A stretch of DNA of 64,000 bases from Octopus sinensis. Taxonomy: Eukaryota. A program made the translations under genes and the position numbers. Shown here piece after piece: positions 42,600-56,384 of the stretch (its first letter is position 1; every line of letters starts with the position of its first letter). The DNA lies in assembly GCF_006345805.1 (NCBI RefSeq), contig NW_021835460.1:1-64000 (forward strand), given 5' to 3'. The notes under the pieces are model-generated. The model saw only the letters and a list, made by a program, of their open reading frames with translations, did not search any database and had not been told where the DNA came from.

Positions 42600-42607
42600 T
42601 ACATATG

Positions 42608-42677
<70 letters not shown>

Positions 42678-42682
42678 TAATA

Positions 42683-42715
<33 letters not shown>

Positions 42716-42748
42716 TATGTATATATAATATATATATATATGTATATA

Positions 42749-42799
<51 letters not shown>

Positions 42800-42860
42800 A
42801 TATATATATATATATATGTATATTATATATATAATATATATATATGTTATATATAGATAT

Positions 42861-42891
<31 letters not shown>

Positions 42892-43177
42892 ATATATATA
42901 TATATATAATGTCTATATATATATATATATATATATATGTATCTATATATATATATATTGTATATATATATATATATATATATAATGTACATATATATAT
43001 ACATATGTATATATATATATATAGATATATATATATTTATATATATATATATATATATATATGTATTATATATATATGATATATATATATTGTATATGTA
43101 TTATATAATATGTATATATATATATATAGTAATATATATATATATGTATATTATGATATATATATGTATATATATAT

Positions 43178-43218
<41 letters not shown>

Positions 43219-43421
43219 TTAGAGATAAACCACTATGAGACAAATCAAACAATGAAAAACTTAAGCAATACATAAATTAATTAATTTATATTATTATTAA
43301 ATTATATAATAATGAGTAAAACACAATATTTAATATAATATTTTACTATAAAATTTGGATTCAATCCTAAATCTGATTTTTCCCTGTAAGTTTGGATTTA
43401 TTCCCTAATATTTTATTATAT

Positions 43422-43456
<35 letters not shown>

Positions 43457-44793
43457 TGTATGTATGTATGTATGTATGTAGATGTATATATATATATGTG
43501 TGTGTGGTGTGTGATGTGTTGTGTTTGTGTGTACGGGTTGGGTGGTGTGCACATGTTCTGTGAAGCAATACGTAATATATGAGGTCTTGTGAAGATAAAT
43601 GTGTCTGCGAATGTGTCTGTGTATGGCTTTGCTTGTTTGTATATGTGTATATGCGAGTATGCAAGTAGTGTGTAGTGGTGTATATGTGTGCGTTTGTGCT
43701 TGTTAGGACAGATTTGTGTACATGTGTACACATGTAGAAATTACAATGGAGATGCACTGAGATGGTTGTGTTGGTGGTAGCAATAAGGGAGAGGAGGAGG
43801 AGAGGTAGTAATAGTAGTAGGGGTGGTGGTGGTGGTGGTGGTGGCGGTGCTGTTGGTGGTGTTGGTGGTGGTGGTAGTAGTAGTAGTGATGGGGATTTTG
43901 GTGGCGGTGGTGGTGGTAGCAGAAGTAGTGGTAGTGGTGATGGTGGTGGTGGAGGAGGAGGAGGAAGAAGAAGAAGAAGAAGAAGAAGAAGAAGAAGATG
44001 ATGATGATGATGAAAAAGAAGAAGAAGAAGAAGAAGATGATGATGATGATGATGAAAAAGAAGAAGAAGAAGAAGAAGAAGAAGATGATGATGATGATGA
44101 AAAGGAAGAAGAAGAAGAAGAAGAAGAAGATGATGATGATGATGAAAAGGAAGAAGAAGAAGAAGAAGAAGATGATGATGATGATGAAAAGGAAGAAGAA
44201 GAAGAAGAAGAAGAAGATGATGATGATGATGAAAAGGAAGAAGAAGAAGAAGAAGAAGATGATGATGATGATGATGATGAAAAGGAAGAAGAAGAAGAAG
44301 ATGATGATGATGATGATGAAAAGGAAGAAGAAGAAGATGATGATGATGATGAAGAAGAAGAAGAAGAAGAAGAAGTAGATGATGATGATGAAGAAGAAGA
44401 AGAAGTAGAAGAAGAAGAAGAAGATGATGATGATGAAGAAGAAGAACAACAACAACAACAATATTACTAACAAACTTGGTTTATCAACAATTGGTTGACG
44501 GTTGCTCATTAGGCGTGTGCCAACCACCGCCAGATAGCGCCACTAACGTCATTCAAGTCAAAACTAACTTTTTGTTATTAGATCAATCAATTAGAGCTTT
44601 ACAACGACTGCCAATCTTCTTGGTTCCTCTTCCGAAGCCAGCCATCTTGAAATTTGGCTGAAATGAAGCATTCTACGTCGTTGCTGTAACGGCTATTATT
44701 ATCATGTTGTTGTAACTGTTGTTGTGAGGACAGCATTATCATCATCAACATAATCGTCATCATCATCATCATCGTCGTCATCATCATCATCGA

Positions 44794-44826
<33 letters not shown>

Positions 44827-45102
44827 TCATCATCATCATCGTCATTCATCATCGTCATCATCGTCATCATCATCATCATCATCATCATCATCGGCATCAT
44901 TATCGTCGTCGTCATCATCATCGCAATTCATTATCGTCATCATCGTCATCATCATCATCATTATCATCATCATCATCGTCGTCATCATTATCGTCGTCGT
45001 CATCATCATCATCATCATTATCGTCGTCGTCATCATCATCATCATCATCATCATTATCGTCGTCGTCGTCATCATCATCGCCATTCATCATCGTCATCAT
45101 CG

Positions 45103-45140
<38 letters not shown>

Positions 45141-45330
45141 GTCGTCGTCATCATCATCATCATCGCCATTCATCATCGTCATCATCATCATCATCATCAT
45201 CGCCATTCATCATCGTCATCATCATCGTCGTCATCATTATCGTCGTCATCACCATCGTCATCATCATCGTCATCATCCTCACCATCATCATCATCTTCAT
45301 CATCCTCATCTTCATCATTAGCATCGTCGC
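42600..45330. repeat. (TA)n, (GGT)n, (GAA/GAT)n and (CAT)n tracts with short unique spacers
   Basis: Direct reading. Confidence 0.9.
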
Positions 45331-45502
45331 CACCATCGTCATCAGAAACAGCAGCAGCATCAACAGTAACGATTGTAGCATTATTAACACAACTAACTCT
45401 ATTCCTAGACAGAAACACTCAATACTAAATCAAAGCCATCTTGGTTTTAATTAACAACAACAACGACAACGACAACAATCTAGATCAATCCACTGGTCTC
45501 AG

Positions 45503-46700
45503 ATTAATTGAATTTTAGCTTCAGCTTCCATCAGTTTCTCAAGGACTTCTCGATGTCCTTTACCAAGTCTATTATCCCCAAACTGAACAGCCCTTTTCTT
45601 CTTTTCGTCTGTGCTTTGGTATATTCGTGAATAAGTCACTAACCGAAATTAATTGAATTTTAGCTTCAGCTTCCATCAGTTTCTCAAGGACTTCTCGATG
45701 TCCTTTACCAAGTCTATTATCCCCAAACTGAACAGCCCTTTTCTTCTTTTCGTCTGTGCTTTGGTATATTCGTGAATAAGTCACTAACTGAAATAAATGA
45801 ATTTATTGTTTAGAAAAATACTGTTAACTTGTTTAAGAGTTGTACTGGATAAATTGCGAAAATAACAGTTCAATTACTAAGTAATAAGCATACTCAATTA
45901 CTAAGTAATAAACATACTCAATATGATTTATACCAAATAATTTAGGAAAATGACTGGGTTGTTTCCCTTTGCTATAATTATGGCAATAAATTTCAACAGC
46001 CAATGTAGTATTCTCCAGCTTGTGCAACGATGGTCTCATTTCTCTTGTTTCCCACAAGAGTGATTGTGATTGGCGTGAAGGTTTGTGGCTTAATGGTTAG
46101 GGGTATTTGCTCGCAATCGTAATGTCGCAAGTTCGATTTCCGGCTGCGCATTGTGTCCTTGAGCAAGACACTTTACTGTACGTTGCTCCACTCCACTCAG
46201 CTGGCAAAAACGAGTAGTACCTGTATTTCAAAGGGCCATCCTTGTCACACTCAGTGTCACGCTGAATCTCCCTGAGAACTACGTTGAAGATACGCATGTC
46301 TGTGGAGTTTCTCAGTCCCTTGCACATTAATTTCACAAGCAGGCTATTTCGTTGATCGGATCAATTTCGGACGCTCGTCGTGGTAAGCGACGGAGAACCA
46401 GTAGTAGTATTGTCATCGATATGATTTTGATTTTTTTTGGCTCATGCAATTATATAATGATTTTTCCCCGTGTTTCTACGATTTCTCAGTCAGAAACCTA
46501 TTTTCCATTCCTGATACACAATAGTGGGCTTACTAACAGTTGTTCCCCGAGTTTAGATATTCCTATATCATTCCAAACGCGCATTCTTTTTCAGGAATCT
46601 TTGTTCCTTTGGTTATTTTATGAGATAACATTTCATTGCTATCCTACGGATTTCCTTTTTCTAATTACTTTTATGCTCAGCAGTATCAGGCAGGATGACG
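45503..46700 (-). mobile_element. Probable decayed R4/Dong N-terminal region, split by a SINE
   Basis: KRMRVWNDIG...GEQLL...IRNGK..SD.EI near 46600-46450 parallels the Dong N-terminus at 21400; VW..RL.KDIEK.LR near 45700. Confidence 0.5.
46076..46398 (+). mobile_element. SINE family D body with family C tail
   Basis: GTGTCCTTGAGCAAGACAC body then ACCTGTATTTCAAAGGG...GATCGGATC tail. Confidence 0.8.
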
Positions 46701-46997
46701 ACCCCTCTGCCGATTATTCGAATAATCAACAACATGAAACCTACAGTTACGGATCAAGAAATTTCAGCTTCTAATAAAACAAATCCACTCTACTTTGCCT
46801 TTCATCCTTTCGGAGTCAATAAAATAAGTACTAGTGGCTCATGTGTATCGATTTAATCGGCTATCCCTCCCCCGAAATTGCTGGCCTTGTGTAAAAATCT
46901 GAAACCTAAATGACAATCTGGAGAAGTTATGATTTTCAAGCAAAGAAAGAGACCGGCCAACACGAACTTTACAGATACAGTTAGAAAGAGGAACCGT

Positions 46998-47616
46998 AAA
47001 AATATTAAAGATTTTCTTAGAGTTCAATATGTAACGATTATCGTTGTTACTATTCAAAAGCAACCGATGGAGCTTCCGTTTCTATATTATAAACCAATTT
47101 CCTTCTAGAAAGATTTCAGCTAAATTAAAAAAAAACGTGCAAGGAATCCTACATACATTCACTGCATTTTACGTACCGCATCTTGCTCCATAGAAAACCC
47201 GGCAAGTTTTCTATGGAAAACTTTCAGGGCGGCGAGCTGGCAGAAACGTTAGCACGCCGGGTGAAATGCTTAGCGGTATTTCGTCTGCCGCTACGTTCTG
47301 AGTTCAAATTCCACCGAGATCCACTTTGCCTTTCATCCTTTCGGGGTCGATTAAATAAGTACCAGTTACGCACTGGGGTCGATATAATCGACTTAATCCA
47401 TTTGTCTGTCCTTGTTTGTCCCCTCTATGTTTATCCCCTTGTGGATAGTAAAGAAATAGGTATTTCGTCTGCCGTTACATTCTGAGTTCAAATTCCGCCG
47501 AGGTCGACTAAATAAGTACCAGTTACGCACTGGGGTCGATATAATCGACTTAATCTGTTTGTCTGTCCTTGTTTGTCCCCTCTGTGTTTAGACCCTTGTG
47601 GGCAGTAAAGAAATAA
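46998..47616 (+). mobile_element. Segment X plus SINE B dimer
   Basis: X matches 25369-25607; same X/B junction; body repeat junction at 47459/60. Confidence 0.85.
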
Positions 47617-47962
47617 GAAAACCCGACGTGATTTGCTTCAGTAAGGATTTGAACCTAAAGGCCATAGACGCAGAATTAGCGCATACAATTAATTTCACCA
47701 TTCTACTGTTTTCACTTTAATATATTCTGCAAACAACATAGCCCCACCACGACCACCACCACCGCACACACAAAAAAAAAACATATAAAAGTATCTACAA
47801 GGAAAAATAAATAAATGAATAAATAAATAAATAAATAAAAGCAAGGTAAAAAAAAACAAACTAAAAAGACAGTGGAAAGGTTCGGAGTTGAAACGTCTTA
47901 GACGGATTAACGATAATCCAGAATTAACACAGTTTTAGTACTGGTCTCTAACAGATATTCTG

Positions 47963-47999
<37 letters not shown>

Positions 48000-48424
48000 A
48001 TTGCATTTTTTGTTTTGTTATCATTTGTTTTATCGCTTTCAGACATTGATTAATATTTTGCCATTCAAAGGTCGGATAAACAGCAATAGATGTCCCAATA
48101 ATCTCCAAGAGCTCAGCCGTCTTCATCGACATTTGGTTGGGAGGGGTGGGGTGGGGGATATTTCGGCGCGTAATCTGACACAGGGTTCTCTGTGAAAAAA
48201 TAGTTCGGTGTTTCGTTTCGGGGCATTTTTTCTTTTTCTTTTTCTTTTTTGTTTTCGTTTGATTATTATTGTTTGTTTTGAAAATGTTGTTGTTGTTGTT
48301 GTTTAAGTGTTTCTGATAAACTGAAGTTGATTAAATTCGATTTCTGTGGAAACTAGGGCTCCTGTGTTTGATTTCAGACAAAGAAAGTAGGCGTAGATAC
48401 TCAATTTTCCTGCATGTGTCTAAT

Positions 48425-48580
48425 CTCTTTTACTCTTTTACTTTTTTTTTACTTGTTTCAGTCATTCGACTGCGGCCATGCTGGATCACCGCCTTTAGTC
48501 GAGCAAATCGACCCCAGGACATATTCTTTGTAAACATAGTACTTATTCTATCGGTCTCTCTTGCCGAACCGCTAAAAGTG
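48425..48580 (-). mobile_element. SINE family A 3' fragment
   Basis: Tail and 3' body. Confidence 0.85.
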
Positions 48581-49116
48581 CGTTATAACCCTGTATAAGA
48601 CGATTTTTGTCCTTGGGTAGCAGATGTTATTTCCTATTTGCTTTCCCCTAAAAAGTATGAAAAATGGCTGATATTTCCTTCAAACTTTGCATCTGTTACA
48701 TTTATTCACGCCCCAAAGAATCCCTCTCAACACATGGTTATGATGCTCCCCCACTACTCCTGCTCATCATCAGAGATGCACATATTGTCAGCCACTGAGG
48801 ACATGCTCAAGTGGTTAAGGTCAAGCAACTGACAAGCAAGTCTGTGATATAACGATATTTCTGCTTCAGCAACTTAGCGCTGAATCTGTCTGAAATGTAA
48901 TGGAAAAATAGGTCAGTTTTAAAAGATTGATGTCTAAGTCAGAAAAGCAAAGTTTAGCGGGAATAGTGGTCATTTCGTTTGATTTCTGAATAGAAGGAAA
49001 TAGGAAATAATACTTACTGACCAAAGACAAAATAAAAAAGAAGGAAAAAAAACATTTTGTTACACACTGTAATATATCTACGAAAGTGTAATGTTTTCGC
49101 TTTCATTCTGTTTCAG

Positions 49117-49259
49117 TATATCAAGATGTGGGCATCAGGTGGTGTGAAAACTCAACCCATACACAGGCCGGATTCCTTCCTTGAACGGTTTGCTATGGGT
49201 GGGAAAAACATTCATATCGACCCATCTGAAACGAAACATCGCAAAATATCTGACATCAA
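49117..49259 (+). CDS. CNGA: Internal exon of a cyclic-nucleotide-gated channel alpha subunit (N-terminal cytoplasmic region)
   Basis: Acceptor gttttcgctttcattctgtttcAG and donor GTAAGT at 49260 bound an open 143-nt frame YIKMWASGGVKTQPIHRPDSFLERFAMGGKNIHIDPSETKHRKISDI; I-x-x-W-A followed by RPDSFLERF matches the pre-S1 motif of CNGA2-type channels. Paralog not assignable. Confidence 0.8.
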
Positions 49260-49390
49260 GTAAGTCACCTATAATTTTCTTTTTTACATTGATTTATATT
49301 GCAAACTCTTTCTTTCTTTCTTTATTTATTTCTCTCTCTCTCTCTCTCGATCTATCTATATCTATATCTATAACTATATCTATCTATCTG

Positions 49391-49447
<57 letters not shown>

Positions 49448-49678
49448 ATATAGATATATATATATATATATATATTATAGATATATATATATATATATAC
49501 ACACAAATATTGTATAATTATAAACATTATAATTAGGGTTCAGCTAATTGCTTCCCACATACCGAATTTAGAAATAAGAGTTAAAATTCCTTTTCTACTA
49601 CTATAAGAATCTCCATGATGGTAACATACTTTTTACGAAGGCAAAAAGAATAACAATGAATCAACACGATCAGGATTA

Positions 49679-49737
49679 ACTATATACGCGCTTCGAGATT
49701 AAAGTGATTTAAAATTTACTTCTCTCTTCAGTATAGT
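49679..49737 (-). ncRNA. Minimal hammerhead motif with one core substitution
   Basis: ACUAUA-CUGAAGA-GAGA(22-nt loop)UCUC-GAAG-C-GC-GUA-UAUAGU: perfect 6-bp helix I and 4-bp helix II; GAAA changed to GAAG. Confidence 0.65.
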
Positions 49738-49878
49738 AATTATGATTATGTTTATAATTATAAAATATTTGTATAATTTTTACCTATAAAGGTTATTTTA
49801 ACGTGCCAATCTACTTGGTGAAATTATTAATTAATTGATCGATTAATTAATTTAATTGATAAATTTTACCCTTTTATA

Positions 49879-49930
<52 letters not shown>

Positions 49931-50666
49931 ATATATATATAAAGGAAATGAAGAAAATGCTGACAAAATAATTTAAGAAAGGGAGAGTGTATTTAATTAG
50001 GTGAAAGTTCTTTTTACCGGTTGCGCATTTGTTATGCTTATCAAAATATCTTTTGATAAGCATAACAAATGCGCAACGGTAAAAAGAACTTTCACCTAAT
50101 TAAATACACTCTCCTTTCTTAAATTTTTTGTCAGCATTTTCTTCATTCTTTTTTATATATATCACATTTCCACACTGTTTCCACATCTCCTTTTTAAATA
50201 TATATATATATATATGCATTATTCTGCATATCTTACCGTAGAGCTACTGTAAGAAAGCCACAATACTGCGGTATTTTCTTGAGAATGCTACGGCATCAGT
50301 AATTTCAAATTACAATTAGCTTTCTCTTCCAAATAATTTATATTTCATATTCGTTTAGAAAATAATTCGATAGCATCAATTTTTATAATTTGTTCATCAA
50401 TATGAAAATCTCTAATTTTTTTTTTATTCATTTAGTCGTGCTAGCTATCTGCTGTACTTATCACCAACACTTATCTTATTACTTATAACGATAGCGTCAC
50501 AGATTCCTGATAATTTTTTGAGCCACCCGAATTATCTACGAAGAATTCTGTTAGGTATTTTTTTCGTTTTGGACTATTATAAACAAGTACATGTTCCATA
50601 AAACGAACCAAATTATATTCTTATACACAGTATTCGAACATACAATGTTGAATTTTTCGTCTAGGG

Positions 50667-50720
50667 TAGTGGTTCCCAACCTGGAAAAACTCATTTAAAC
50701 AAGAGGTTAGGAAACCATTG
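50667..50720. mobile_element. 54-bp hAT (Charlie-like) MITE remnant
   Basis: Imperfect TIRs TAGTGGTTCCCAACCT / AGGTTAGGAAACCATTG; 8-bp TSD GTCTAGGG at 50659 and 50721. Confidence 0.8.
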
Positions 50721-50824
50721 GTCTAGGGAGGCAAAATAAGAACGAAAAGAATATAAAACAATACTTGGTGGAAGATTGCAGCAGCATGAAACTTGTATTG
50801 CAAGAGAAGGAAGTGCGATTTCAA

Positions 50825-50978
50825 TGGCGTGGCTGTGTGGTAAGTAGCTTGCTTACCAGCCACATGGTTCCTGGTTTAGTCCCATTGCGTGGCACCTTGG
50901 GAAAGTGTCTTCTACCATAGCCTCGGGCCGACCAAAGCCTTGTGAGTGGATTTGGTAGACGAAAACTGAAAGAAGCCA

Positions 50979-51021
<43 letters not shown>

Positions 51022-51028
51022 TATATAT

Positions 51029-51071
<43 letters not shown>

Positions 51072-51510
51072 TAGAAACAACAAAAAACAAATGACGAAAA
51101 CGGGTGGTGTAGACAACAAACAGATCTATTAGTATAACGCTTGAGAAAGGAAAAAGTCTTTAACATTTCGAGCCTACGCTCTTCCACAGAAAGGAACATA
51201 GACGGAAACAAGGAGAGAAAATAAAGGATGTGTATTGGCTAGCGATGCCGGACAGAAGAGTCACACACGAGAGCTAGGGAGCCGGGGAGATAATAAAGTA
51301 GTGGTGTGTCTGTCTTTGCCCCTCCCCGCCATCGTTTGACAACCGAATCTGGTGTGTTTACGTGCCCGTAACTTAGCGGTTCGGCGAAAGAGACCGATAG
51401 AATAAGTACTAGGCTTACAAAGAATAATTTCCGAGGTCGATTTGTCGAGTAACGGCGGTGCTCCAGCATGGCCGCAGTCAAATGACTGAAGCAAATTTAA
51501 AGAAAAACAA
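50825..51510 (+). mobile_element. SINE family A with a 230-bp insertion in its central microsatellite
   Basis: A halves at 50825-50985 and 51300-51510. Confidence 0.8.
51158..51193 (-). ncRNA. Atypical hammerhead-like motif
   Basis: CUUU-CUGUGGA-A-GAGC(GUAG)GCUC-GAAA-U-GUU-AAAG; A6 replaced by U, palindrome AACGUU altered. Confidence 0.4.
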
Positions 51511-51812
51511 AAGAATAAAATAAATAACTTACTCTTTAGTTGACGAACTGCATCATTTGGATGTGAATACGCTGAGAGAAAACCGAGGCAAATACAGCAT
51601 ACCTCCAGCTTCCTGCACCTTGCAATATTTTTAAATATCATGAAATTGTAGACGTTGTTAAGTAAACGTAAACAAATCTACTTAAAGACTTAAAAGTCTC
51701 CAAGTGCATTTTTTAAAACCTGGTTTCTATATACTTCACCTCGTATGTAAAACATAATCTTTTGTAAGCATATACATGTGTGTATGAACATATATGTATG
51801 TATAAACATTTG

Positions 51813-51903
<91 letters not shown>

Positions 51904-52257
51904 CATATGTCTATGTGTATATATGTGTGACTGGATTTGCTTATATATATATATATATATATTTGCAGCCATGACGCGTCCTTGTTTTCTTTGTATCGTC
52001 TGTCCGGATGTTTTGCGTTCTCGTCCCATTTTGTATTATATATATTATATTATATATATATATATATATACAAATTAGAAAAAAACACCTTTTATCAATT
52101 CAAAATGAACAATTAAATTACACCATCTAGAAAATTACATATAATAGAAATATTAAAATTGAAATAACAATAATATCCGATGATTAAGTAAATTGCAAAA
52201 TAATAATAAAAACGTATATATTTGGTAGAATATATACTATATATATGTGTGTGTGTG

Positions 52258-52306
<49 letters not shown>

Positions 52307-52528
52307 GTATATGTGTATATATGCATGTTTATAAATTTTTATATGTATGCATATTTCTATGTGTATATATGTGTGAATTTGTTTGTATGTATGTAAGTAT
52401 TATATATATGCATACATAAATACATATTTACACACACAAATTTATATATATGAATACATGTATACAGACACATGCACACACACACACGCCATATATATTA
52501 TATTATATATATATATATATATATATAG

Positions 52529-52563
<35 letters not shown>

Positions 52564-52576
52564 TATATATATATAC

Positions 52577-52653
<77 letters not shown>

Positions 52654-53297
52654 CCATTATTGTCGATTTATTACGAATTTACATTGTCGTGAAATAGCAA
52701 TCATCTTGAATTCAAACAGCCAAAACAAATTTACTGAGTTTATATTTCGATGTAGTGAATCAAAAGAGAGCATAATGAAATTCGTCCTTCCTATCGAGAA
52801 ACATTTGGCTACTCTTTCTAGCAGATCAAACGGACAATGTAGGAGTTAACTGACAAACACGTTGTCATGTAACATAGTACTGTTATTTATTGGTGGTGTT
52901 GTTTGTTTTTATTGATGTCATTTACTGCCAACTGAATACGTATCGAACTGGCAACTGGCATGTTATCAAAAGTAATCCAGCTGTGACTACGAAATACCTC
53001 TGCTTCGTCTTTTTTTCTTCCACAAATTTCACTGACAATTTATGTCTTTAAGCTTTGCCAAACTGCAGCCAAAATATTGCAGCAAAGTTATTTCGAGATA
53101 AAAGGAAATTATTTTCAACATTTGATTTCAATACAATGCATTGATGCTTTTAGTTTATGAAAAAAAAAAAAAAAAAAGAAGAAAAAAAAAAACAGAAAAA
53201 AAAATATGGCAGTATTTACATTAAAGACTTCTTGTGATCTAGAGTTTGGTAGTTGTTATCGTAAATAACACGAAGTATATACATACACACATACGCA

Positions 53298-53332
<35 letters not shown>

Positions 53333-53638
53333 CACACACACACACACACACAACAAAACATACATACATATGTAAGTACAAACATCCATCCATCTATCCA
53401 TCCTTCCATACATAAATCCTTCCGTACATACATACATACATACATACATATGTGTGTGTGTACGTGTGCATATAATATATATATAATATATATATATATG
53501 TGTTATATATATATGTATATATATATGTATATATGTATATATATATATGTATATATGTATATATATATATATGTATATATATATATGATATATGTATATA
53601 TAATATATATGTATATATGTATATATATATATATAGTA

Positions 53639-53672
<34 letters not shown>

Positions 53673-54686
53673 CGTATGTATTTATATAGAGTACAGACAC
53701 ATTTCAATAATATTTACACACACACACACATAAATTCCATATACATATATACATATATATATATATACACATATGCAGTTATTTACACACGTTCTTATAT
53801 AGATTGTAATAAGCATGTATGTATGAATACATGCTTATTTGTGTGTGTGTGTATTTTGTGTACGTGTACTTGTGTGTGTTTGTGTAGTTTGTCTCTGTTT
53901 CCCTCGGTATACTTTTTTTCTTTTTACTAAGTAACTCTCTTCTGTAGTGTGTATGTATTATATATTATGCATGTATGCATTTATGTATACATTTATGCAT
54001 GCATGTATGTATGTATGTATTTATGTATGTATGTAAGTATATAAATCATACAGGATCTTGCTTCTTTAAAGCTGCGATCAGTTGAACAAGTTATTTTCAT
54101 TTACAGTTGGAATTTGAGAAATATTATTCATGTCTAACGGAGAACAAGTTTTAAGATCTGGTCAGATACAAACAGGTTGTAAATCGTTTGATAGACAGCC
54201 CTACAAAACTAACAAAAGACGCACAAGGGAGATAAACGCAATGCGATTCAACTATCTATTATGCAAACGAGCTTCACCTGTATAGCAAAGCAATTATTAT
54301 TCTTCATGAACAGACAGTCCCACAAAGGCAAGTTCTAGAAATTATTCAAGATATAAATGCCAAGTATTCAACAGCCCTATACATATCAAATCTTCCAGCA
54401 ACATCCTGATTCAAATAAATATATCAAAGAGACTACGCTAACTGACGAAAGCCATGCCCTTAAATACAGTTCAGCACGAGCGACGGTATTGCGTACTAAG
54501 CTATTACGGCCAAAAATTACTGTTAAGTCATTTTCGTACGCTCTTGTGGTATCACGTGGTGCATTTTGAACAGTGACTTTTGGACACTGTCGCTGCCTTT
54601 CCTTAACTGCTAAATACCATTCACACCCTCAATAAATAATCTATCAGACACACAAAACAGATCACTACTTGGAGATGCATTATAGG

Positions 54687-54768
<82 letters not shown>

Positions 54769-54787
54769 GTATACATATATTTATATG

Positions 54788-54823
<36 letters not shown>

Positions 54824-54824
54824 C

Positions 54825-54893
<69 letters not shown>

Positions 54894-54907
54894 GTATATG
54901 CTCAGTG

Positions 54908-55093
54908 AATTCGGGTGAGGTGGTTTAAGCCGATTATATCGACCCCAGTGTTCACTTGGTACTTATTTTATTGACTTCGAAATGATGAAAGGCAAAGTCA
55001 ACCTCGGTGGGATTTGAACTCAGAACGTAAAGACGGGAGAAATGTGGCTAAGTGTTCTGCCCGGTATGCGAACGATTCTGCTAGCTGGCCGCC
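54908..55093 (-). mobile_element. SINE family B, diverged
   Basis: Head and Deu-like core. Confidence 0.8.
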
Positions 55094-55416
55094 TTAAACC
55101 ATAACCGCTATTAAGAATCGCGAAATCTCAACAGAACTAGAACTCTTCTGTTCCGGCACGAAATGTATTCTGACACAAGAACTCGACTACAAACCGAAAA
55201 ATCGATATTGAGCCAACGTGTGCTGAAGCCGAACGTTCAATCAACTCAAATGGATAGCTGTACCTAACAACTCTACGAGAATCCCGTCTCTATTACCAGC
55301 ATGCCACTAGATTCCTTATCTATCACCCAGACAGCGCACTCGATCCACTCCACTCGCTTCCATCGATCACAAACTTGACCTCAAATTTGCTAATCTTAAA
55401 ATCTCTATTTTCAACA

Positions 55417-55802
55417 GTGGAGGCGCAATGGCCCAGTGGTTAGGGCAGCGGACTCGCGGTCGTAGGATCGCGGTTTCGATTCCCAGACCGGGCGTTGTGA
55501 GTGTTTATTGAGCGAAAACACCTAAAGCTCCACGAGGCTCCGGCAGGGGATGGTGGTGATCCCTGCTGTTCTCCTTCACCACAACTTTCTCTCACTCTTA
55601 CTTCCTGTTTCTGTTGTACCTGTATTTCAAAGGGGCCGGCCTTGTCACTCTCTGTGTCACGCTGAATATCCCCGAGAACTACGTTACGGGTACACGCGTC
55701 TGTGGAGTGCTCAGCCACTTACACGTTAATTTCACGAGCAGGCTGTTCCGTTGATTCGGATCAACCGGAACCCTCGTCGTCGTAACCGATGGAGTGCTTC
55801 CA
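55417..55802 (+). mobile_element. SINE family C, full length
   Basis: TSD TTTTCAACA at 55408 and 55803. Confidence 0.92.
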
Positions 55803-56384
55803 TTTTCAACATCCAGTAATGATAAATCTATAAGTCTCTTTACCATACTCAATCCTACATTAAGAAAAAAGGCGGCGCGCTGGCAGGAAGGTTGCGACAC
55901 CAGGCAAATGCTTGGCGACATTTCGTCCATCTTTACGTTCTGAGTTTAAATTCCACTGAGGTGCACTTTATCTTTCATTCTTTCTTATACTGGGGTTGAT
56001 GTAATCGACTTACCCCTATCGGAAATTTTATTGGAGAAAGGATTCCCCAATAACAAGATCTTACGCACGCGGGGCCACTACCTCATTTGCAACACCGACA
56101 TATTCTAGGGTACCTGCATTGGATTTAGCGTGCCAAATGCGACGATTGTTACATCAGCGGTACGATTCGACTATCACATACCCGATTCAAAAAATCTCAA
56201 AACAGGCGCATCGTCTTTCAGAATAACATTTGAAATTGCAGGAACATGAACCAGGACATTGCTGTTAACCATTATTGCTTTTAGATTAATACTTGACCTA
56301 ATTATTCCTCCCCATGACACTGATATCCCACAGAGCAAAATTTACAGCGCAGGAATTCTAAAATATCACATACGTGGTTACTCT

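Noticed and set aside
45645-45788. Host terminal exon with an ankyrin-like GHREVLEKL
   Set aside because: A frameshifted reading fits the Dong N-terminal W..RL..DI..LR region and lies collinear with other Dong remnants
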